A DNA stretch of 64,000 nucleotides from Takakia lepidozioides (taxonomy: Eukaryota > Plantae > Bryophyta). Positions 56,063 through 64,000 of the stretch are shown here, piece by piece. Every line of letters begins with the position of its first letter. The first letter of the stretch is position 1. The DNA lies in contig CM060734.1 of the NCBI GenBank assembly GCA_030704615.1, forward strand, positions 34,906,001 to 34,970,000, read 5' to 3'. The position numbers and the translations under genes were made by a program. The notes under the pieces were generated by a model. The model had not been told where the DNA came from, did no database searches, and saw only the letters and a program-made list of their open reading frames with translations.

Positions 56063-56149
56063 TTTGTCTCGCATTCGAACAAAAGAAAAACTATTTTGTT
56101 GGCTCCTCTCCAACATGAAAACTTCTATGTGGATCCAAGGGTACATACA

Positions 56150-56918
56150 GAAATGAAAAGATTAAAAATAACTGCAACTTAGAAACCATATATTCCTCAA
56201 TTAAATTTTTTGCATCATTCTCATGTAATTATACAAGCCTTAAATACAACTTCTTTACGACAACATTATGAAGACATTAATCATGATCATAACCTCTAAA
56301 TGTTTCACATCTTATACCTTATGGAAACAAGAATACACCACTCCTCAAACGATGTGCACAAATTCATAGATTCATCCAAGTATTCATATGTTTCAATCCA
56401 TGACGGTCATGGGTTAATGATGATGTATGACATACATATGAACTTAAACTTTTTCAATACAATAACCAGTAATGGTTTAGAATTCATAGCAGCCACATTC
56501 AATACCAATACACGAAAAGCAATACATATTGTATGTGTTTATAGAGCTCATTCATGCACAGTTTCTACGTTCCTAAACAAACTTGAAGCTCTAATACAAA
56601 ATTCGCCCAAATATTGTCCAATTATCATTTTGGGGGATTTTAATGTTGACATTTTAGAAGACAATAACCATGCAAAAAAAAAACAACAACTGTTGGATTT
56701 CATGGATAAATTCAATTAAAGTCCAGTTTAGTGGAAACACCACAAAAGTCGGATCTCAACTAGATCACATATGGGCAAATGTCCCTGGAAATGAATGTGA
56801 ATTTGGTGTGACAGAAGCATATTGGCCAGATTTCCACAACCCAATTTATATTGCATTCAAACTACCAAACACACTTCCAATATATATCAATGAACCGTTA
56901 ACATCTTTATTTACCTAG
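56150..56918 (+). pseudogene. AP-endonuclease (EEP) domain of the Helentron-like element
   Basis: Motifs SLNTTSL, LMETRI, IVCVYRAHS, IILGDFNVD, SQLDHIWAN and YWPDFHNPIY. Confidence 0.85.
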
Positions 56919-57144
56919 ACACGATCAATCTTAACAATGACGATTTTACTCTTTTTCTTTGTAGGATTTCACGCACTCTTTTTTTGTAAGATTTCACATA
57001 AGACACAATTTTAGGACAGAGCATCTCTTGGCGGAGCTGCGTGTTCCTCTTTCGTGCCCATTTTACTGGACTTAACGAATAAGCTCAAACTGGGCATGTG
57101 GGGATGGATCAGAGGGTCAAAGAGGGCATGACTCAAAGGATAAC

Positions 57145-58350
57145 TTTATTGAAGGTTTGAATAAATTGACCACTATATATGCAATCTGGACAACCTGCAT
57201 TATGGTTGGACCATACTTGCAACAAACTTGCAATTTATGAAACATGGTTGTCACTTAAATGATATGGGCTCCCACATCTGGTTTCTCATACATGGAAACA
57301 TTTGACACATGTACACTTTGGCCGTGCAAACAATAGCTAAACATAACAGGAAATATAATACTTTTAACACTATAATATGTGAATGCATAGAGTTGTATAA
57401 ATGAACATATTTAAAGTGTAAAAAATTGATATTTACATATCTATTGCATCATTTACTTGAATCAAATATAGGTGTTTAAATTGACAAATAGTGTGAGAAT
57501 TTATCTAGGCATACAATATGAAGATACATATTTATAAGTTCCATGAATCTCTGTAATGGTTTTTTGTTTCCTGAAATTAAACCTGCGAGTGACAACTCAC
57601 AATATAGGCTTTTTACAAAGGAAAAAGAATTATTTTTGTCTTTGATATAAGCCACAAAGTAAACAAGCAAAGACAATCCCAAGACCAACTAGGCCACAAA
57701 ACCATACCACAATCGATAATGTGATGACAAGATTTGGGCCCCAACCCACTGGGATGACAAAGTGTGACCAAGTTATCGGATGTAACTCTTACCATTTATA
57801 ATTTATCAATGGATTGAAGTTAAGGACTATTTGGATTGTCTTTTTGAAACGCAAATATGAATCAAACTGAAAAAGACACCTACTAAAGCCTTCAAAATCT
57901 CCATTTTCAACTATATTATAAAGAAACAAAATAATAGCAAATTCAAACTCAAAAAGAACAAGTCCATAGTTGTTTTTTATCATCAGATTGTCAATGTTTG
58001 TTGATTTCTTAATAAAGCAATAAGTATACTATTGAAAAGGTGGTGAAACAACACTGAAGTTTTTGTTGTTAGAGAATATGCACGGTGAACTAGTCTTAGA
58101 ACCTAGATCATCTAAGAATTAAGTGGAATTATTGAAGGTTTGAATAGATTGACCGTCGTACATGCAATCTGGATAACTATTTTGGGTGATTGCAACAAAC
58201 ATGCAAATTATGAAACTTCATTGTCACTTAAATGACCTGGGCTCTGTCGACTGGTCCTTCCTACGTGGAAGCATTGGACACATGTACGCTTTCGGCCTTG
58301 GCCATGCAAACATCATTAAATGGAAGTGGAAATATAGCACTTTGATAGCA
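57145..58350 (+). repeat. Pair of diverged ~200-bp direct repeats
   Basis: ttattgaaggtttgaata.attgacc...tgcaatctgga...tgtcacttaaatga...catgtac occurs at ~57146-57335 and ~58129-58315. Confidence 0.7.
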
Positions 58351-60220
58351 ACTTGGAAAGAGATAGAGAGAGAGATGAATGAGAGCCTCTTCCACTTGTG
58401 GAGCTGATGTTCTCTTTTGATGTCGGATGGATATGACATCTGAACTGAACTTTGTAGGGCTCCCTCTTATCCAGTCTCTTCCCAAAAAAACGAAAAAAAA
58501 ATGTGTGATGAGGGCGATTTTTGCTGACTCATTGGAAAGTTTCATCTTACATACCCATTAAATGTAATCCTATGTCAAGCAGCCCATAGGACAAAAAGTC
58601 ATATAGATCTGCTATTTGGCAAGGTGGTAGTCCTTGCACCACTACATTAGAATTGTGAATCTCAAGCTTGGGAAAACTAAAAAACGCACTAGAAGTCATA
58701 TTTTGTGCACTATCAGATATGACCTTTTTGTCTTTTTGTTCTTTTTTTGTTTTTTTGGTGTTGGAAACACCGGTGAACCATGGAGGCATTGTAATTTGTA
58801 ATTGTCAAAAAATCCAAAATTTTGATTTTATATACTTTATAGTACATTTGGATGTGGCAATGGAATTTTCATGTGGTCTTTAAAACTTCCATGTACCTTG
58901 ACCATGCCTTAGAACTTCAAAAGTATTACTGAAGTTAATGTTCATGTTCTAAAACTAGGGTTTAACAATATATCTAAGAGTTTTATTTTACTTTATTTTT
59001 ATTTTATGATATGAGAAATATAATCAAGTTTCACAATATGTTTGGTCTAAAAAATCTCACATTTTGTTAACATGTGAAGGTAATTTATTGATCATCAGCC
59101 GGTAGGTAGTCTATCATATCTATAAATTAGAAAAATGTTATATGTAATTTAGGTTATTGCACATTAGATTTATATAAATACGCATAACTAATACAAATGA
59201 CATAATGTATAATATGTGGCATCACAAATCCATGATTTGTGATTTAATTCTCTTAAAAATATTAGTAACTTTATCACTCGTTAAAAAATGTACAATCATG
59301 TACATGGTTTATTATTATAGCTTCTAAGCAATTTTTGATGCTTCTTAATGCTAATAAACTATTTTTAGCTGATTGAATGATTTGTTCAAGTTTCCTAGTG
59401 TATAGATTCACAAGGATTCAAACATTGCTTGATGTTTCACTATATGTAGCTAATCTATCATATAATTAACCCCTAGGTAATGTCCCAAGCATTTAAGTGC
59501 AAAACAGAAATCACCGATTCTTAAAAGTAAATCCCCAATGACAAACCTCATAAGAGCAACAGCTACATGTCTCTCAACTGATAATTTTCTGTTCGGCAAA
59601 GTATCCAATGGAGCAGGTGGGCATATGCTTAAATCTTCTTTGCTTATACTAAGCAATCCATTCTGCAGAACGTGGTGAGATATACCATGGACAACTAATA
59701 CGCCAGTCGATGCTTTGAAAGTTGTACTGCAGTAAGCATTTGTGAGAAAATGGAAAAGAACTATACAAATGACAATTCTTCTACTTGGATATTGGCAGCA
59801 CCACTGTAAAGCTCCATTGGCATAATAATATCCTTCATGGCTTGCATCACAATAATCCATACTGATAAAACGATGATATATATCTGAGATCTTGACAAGG
59901 CCATGATCAGGTTGTGAGAGACAAATAAAGAGAGAGAGAGAGAGAGAGAGAAAAAAAAAAACAAATCTTGAGTGACGGGAAAACAAGCTTGTGAGACTAG
60001 TCCATCCCAAACCCTCCCCCCCTTCTTCACAGAGCCACAACATTTGCGATACCCCACATTCTCTTCTTAGGGCCGGCAACCACAGGACTCAGCATCCCCT
60101 GTGTTTGACCACAAAAATTTGGTGGATACACTACTCTCAATGCACAGTGTCAAATTCCTTTGTAAATTTGAGTATCTTCCCATCCAGCAAACCCCATACA
60201 GAGATAATTGTCATTTAGTA

Positions 60221-61505
60221 TGTCACGGGCCCACATGACATGAATTAAAAGGGGCAGATGATTCCTTCTTGGGGCGGTTGCTTTGGGGAGGCGTTTGGGA
60301 GTGCCCATGGAACCTAGCATTTAGACAACTAGAATTCGACCCTGAGACCTGTAATATCGTCACAAACTACTTTTGCCAGCCTCTCACTTTAGATAAAGAG
60401 AGTCTTGAAGTTGCACGTGTGACTCCCATGGCGGGCCTTGGCACTATGTCCCAAGCCTTTTGAGGACAGTGCCGCGGGCCCGGGCTCCCATCCTCATGAC
60501 GGGGCTTGCTTGTTCCGCGCTCCCTGCCACCTCCGCTCCCCCTGATCGTCGCCGTGCCTTCAAGCGAGCTCCTTGTCATGTCGCCCCACCCCCTGAGGGC
60601 TGTCACGTCTCTACCACGTCGCCTCTTCCTGGTCCTACCATTAGGCGCTGCCATGTCACCTCCTCCTGCCATGTGCCAAGTTTTCGCCAGACAGTAATCA
60701 ATACAGGGCATGGGGAATCTAGCAAGTCGCCACCTGTAATGATTATTGTATGGCGACCCACATGATTTTGGATGAATGATTTTTTTTTGGATGGATTGAT
60801 AATGATGCTAAAAATGGATGTAATCATCTTTAGGGTTTGTATCCTCCACTTCATCGATTGTGTTTTCTCTTCGGTGTTTCTTCTCTTCGGCCTTTCTCTG
60901 CTTCGGCGGGGAAGTTCTTCAGCTCATCTCTCCCGTGAAGTTCTTGGTCTACAAGTAAAGGTATGGCTTCATCAACTCTTCCGTGCTGCTTATGATCTTT
61001 GTGTTTTTTTTTTTTTTTTTTTTTTTTTTCGTGCTTCAATGTTTGAAGTTCTTTTGCTTGAAGTTCTTTGAACTCTCTTCAATGTTTGAAGTTCTCTTCT
61101 CTATCCTCTTTGCTTTGGGTCTCTTCAAGTTTTAAATACATTTGTGAATAGATACAAAACATAGTTTATGAACATTAGTCTATGATTCCACTACGATTGT
61201 ATATTAAGTCAAATGTGACAAGTTTTAGTTTAGGGTTGAGGGTTGAGGGTTTAGGGTTCGCATTGGGTGTAGTGAAATTTAATACACGAGGTAATCTCCA
61301 CTTCATTGTGTTTTGTTTTTTTAATTTGTCTTTGGTGAAGCTCACGCTTCACAAGTTGCTTGATTGTTTTATGTTTTTTTTTTCTTCTTTGGGTTTCTCC
61401 TCTTTGTTTACCCTTCATTATAAGTGAATTTAGTACGACCGGACATTTAATGTACAACTATATATGACTTTTAGGGACGAGAACTTCTTGGCTATGTCCG
61501 TGACA
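60221..61505. mobile_element. LTR-like segment (possible solo LTR), ~1.29 kb
   Basis: Termini tgtcacgggc / gtccgtgaca are a 9/10 inverted match with TG..CA ends. Contains degenerate ttagggt repeats at ~61229-61258. No clear TSD. Confidence 0.5.
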
Positions 61506-62639
61506 TGATTGATAAGATTTGAGTTTAATTTTGTGGTATGTTTGGGGTTTCGGGTTTAGATTCATGGCTCATCGCGCCAAAAAATGGAAACGAAGAACTG
61601 AAAATAAGAAGTAGATAAGGAGAGAGAAAACGGCTACAAAAGATAAAGTAAATGCAAGACGAAATGCTCTGAAGCGCATTGACGAAAAACTTGACAGTAA
61701 GTTCGAGAGGGAGAGAAAGAGGGTTGGGAAACCAGGTGATATGAGAGCATATATATAAGCTCGACCTTTGGTGATGGCTATGCGTGCGGGTTTTGTGAAT
61801 TGTTTGAAGGGAGTTCGTACCAAACATCATCATATGTTGGCGCCTCCCCTCAATATGAATGACCATTGGTTGACCACATTGATTCGCACGGGCTTCGCCC
61901 ACTACCAACATTCTCTTTGCAAACGTGGAGGAACCACCATCGACATCTTCAATGGTATGTAAACTATTTTTGAGCTCATCATCATTCATGTGTTGGTGTT
62001 GGTGATTGATTGATCATTTAGTTAGGCTCATCATTTGTTTGTTAGTTATATCTTGATTTTTTGTGTCTACAGAGGAAGGTTGGGAGGACGGCTTGGATGA
62101 TCGTGCTGGCGCGCTTGAAATTGTCCTCGAAGCCAACGATTACTTATATACGAAGCTTTTGTGGGAAAATAAAAAAGAGTAGATGAAAGAAATGAGAGGA
62201 CAAAAAGTAGGAAAATGGACTTTCATGCACCCTCGTAAAGTGCGTGAAGCACAGGAGCGGGCTAGAAAGAGAGTGCATGAGAGAGAATGAACAGAAGAGA
62301 TAGAATGGGAGATTGTTCCGGAGGAGAGAAATACAAGAGAAGATAAATGAGGAAAAAAGAGGAAAGAGATGAAGGTGAGGATAACGAGCAAGGGGAGGAA
62401 GTTCAAGAGGAAAGGGTTCCAAGAAAGTTTAGATGATGAGACATTTCTATGTGAACAGACGATTATGCAAACTCGAAACAATTGCATAAATATATGAATT
62501 TATCTTGCAATGCTACTATATTGTATGTTATGTGATACTCAAATCAATTCCACAAATGTTTGAATGTATAATGCAATATATTTATGTCTTATATGGTTGT
62601 ACATAAGTATAACTACATATGTATAATAATATGATTACA

Positions 62640-62960
62640 CATTCTGTCATACACATAAGAAAAAATGTATATAACTTAGTTTGGAAATGTTGTATAAGTT
62701 AGATAATATTGTCTGAAGCTTCAATGGTAAATGGATCATATGTATAAAAGTGTATGGCTCTTCTCCATATTCATTGACACTTACACTTGCTCTGGTTACA
62801 CATCCCACCATACACATAAGAGAAAATGTATAGAAATTAGTTTGGAAGTGTTGTATAAGTTAGTCAATATTGTCTCAAACTTCTATGGTTTGGATCATAT
62901 TCATAAAAGTGTATGGTTCTTCTTCATGTTCATTGACACTTACATTTGTACTCATCTTCA
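62640..62960 (+). repeat. Tandem ~162-bp duplication
   Basis: catacacataaga.aaaatgtata...ttgtataagttag...ggatcatat...aaaagtgtatgg...cattgacacttaca begins at ~62648 and again at ~62809. Confidence 0.8.
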
Positions 62961-63049
62961 GATATATGGATTATGTAGCTTGGATATGACACTTTTATGG
63001 ATCTATACATACATCTTCCATCTATAATGAATCACATTTTTATACCTTC

Positions 63050-63960
63050 AGCCATTGTCATAGACAAATACAAGACAAATGTCAATTCCATTAATGCGGT
63101 CGTACTGTTGGAAAGATGAGGTTATTGGCAAAGAACAAGTTGTGGGAATAGTACTCCTATGTCGTTTTCATGTCATGAAAGCATGGAGTAAAAACCTTTT
63201 ACCTCGTGTTTTCCTCAAAGAAAGGACGATGTTGTGGCATCGTTTGCACGAAATAATATTTTGTGCCAATGAGGCTATGTTTGATGTGAACTTGGAGAAG
63301 TTTTACAATGATTTCAAGCATTTGCAAGGGGTGGAATAATACACAAGAACCGGTTGGGCTAATGAAAGACTTGTTTGGAGAAAAATGTGACCAACATTTG
63401 GAAGACTATTTGCGTATGGAGAGATGGACACGACCAATCATGTGGAACACCATTGGGAATGGATAAAATATACGTTATTTGGAGACGAAGTCAATCAATC
63501 CATTCGAGATATCATTGGGAGTGCTGCTGATGGTATACGCATAGGTGGACCAATATTGAGAGCTTACTTCAAATAATGTCAAGCCATGGATAAGAATAAT
63601 CCGAAATATATAGCAACATGTTTAAGTGTTGTTCAATTTATTAATGTTTTTTTTTTTTTTTTTTTTTTCACCATTTTCACCTAAATGTTTGCATATCGTG
63701 GACTATAGATGATTCCGGAAAATTTGCAAGAAGTGCAAATGACGAGTTTCATCGTCGTCGACTGGCGGGAGGTCAACGGTTACTCATACAACTCAAATCC
63801 AAATGGAGTCATCAAAGTGATGGATCAAGCTCTTATTTCAAGCGACAAGTGAAAATTCAACAAACCATTGGTACAACGTGTCCTTGAGTTCTCACTATTG
63901 TAATTGTCCCACTATGTATAGCTCATGTAAACATATCATTGGAATTCTGACACAAATGAA
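63050..63960 (+). mobile_element. Degenerate MULE (Mutator-like) transposase C-terminal part with SWIM zinc finger
   Basis: Motifs LLCRFHVMKAW and DTTNHVEHHWEWIK, plus SWIM-like WYNVSL..YCNCP....(C)KHI at ~63869-63945. Stops and frameshifts present. Confidence 0.75.
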
Positions 63961-64000
63961 TGTTTTCCAACTTCCGAATTGACGAATAAGGCCATGGCGG

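Larger units (their letters stand above)
48200..57060 (+). mobile_element. Decayed Helentron/Helitron2-like rolling-circle transposon with RPA-like, OTU, Rep (HUH), PIF1 helicase and AP-endonuclease modules; internal inversion
   Basis: RPA-like OB folds with Zn ribbon (CERC..CNGC) at 48519-49856. OTU GNCLFDSIS..WGD..HFEPI at 50377-50870. DUF6570-like GSIINVPAN..LKRRLEYKS at ~52150-52480. Rep motifs QLGPPTFFVTFTSAE, FQNRGSEHDHGLLW and DPYAAATYCTSYMTK. PIF1 TGGAGTGKT, GDFYQ, MRQSD, AARTIHRSQG. EEP motifs METRI, VYRAHS, GDFNVD, LDHIW, DFHNPI. Termini are not firmly defined. Confidence 0.9.

Noticed and set aside
59450-60079. 209-aa minus-strand ORF
   Set aside because: Runs through poly-T and (CT)n microsatellite sequence and has no recognisable domain.
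61229-61258. Telomere-like ttagggt repeats
   Set aside because: Only ~4 degenerate units inside an LTR-like segment; not an interstitial telomere.
61550-62490. Charged, protein-like fragments upstream of the MULE remnant
   Set aside because: Interrupted by stops and no family recognised. It may be a MULE accessory remnant but this cannot be supported.

Overview
Eukaryotic nuclear DNA from a land plant, probably a non-seed plant. That assignment is an inference from the intron-containing genes, a PLS-DYW PPR, a Tcn1-like chromovirus and a Replitron. The left ~28 kb is genic. It holds (1) a 5-exon plastid class II DAHP synthase (+, 2382-4891); (2) a 9-exon gene (-, 7245-13095) with a very long low-complexity N-terminus and a C-terminal PRUNE/DHH-like domain lacking the DHH motif; (3) a 5-exon gene (-, 17984-21995) that splices two OSB-type 'PDF' ssDNA-binding motifs onto a complete PLS-PPR-E1-E2-DYW RNA-editing factor, which is the main finding; and (4) a spliced, HTH-only, transposase-derived ORF (-, 23898-27476). 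The right ~36 kb is a decayed transposon cluster. It contains two back-to-back hAT-like MITEs, a Replitron remnant, a TIR MITE, a chromodomain Ty3/gypsy remnant, and an unclassified ~9 kb mosaic with a ~49-codon repeat and a captured PPR fragment. After a 500-N gap come a Helentron/Helitron2-like element (RPA, OTU, Rep, PIF1, AP-endonuclease) with an internal 2.2-kb inversion, an LTR-like segment and a MULE/SWIM transposase remnant. All gene models were built by hand from splice signals and reading-frame continuity; no database search was run.
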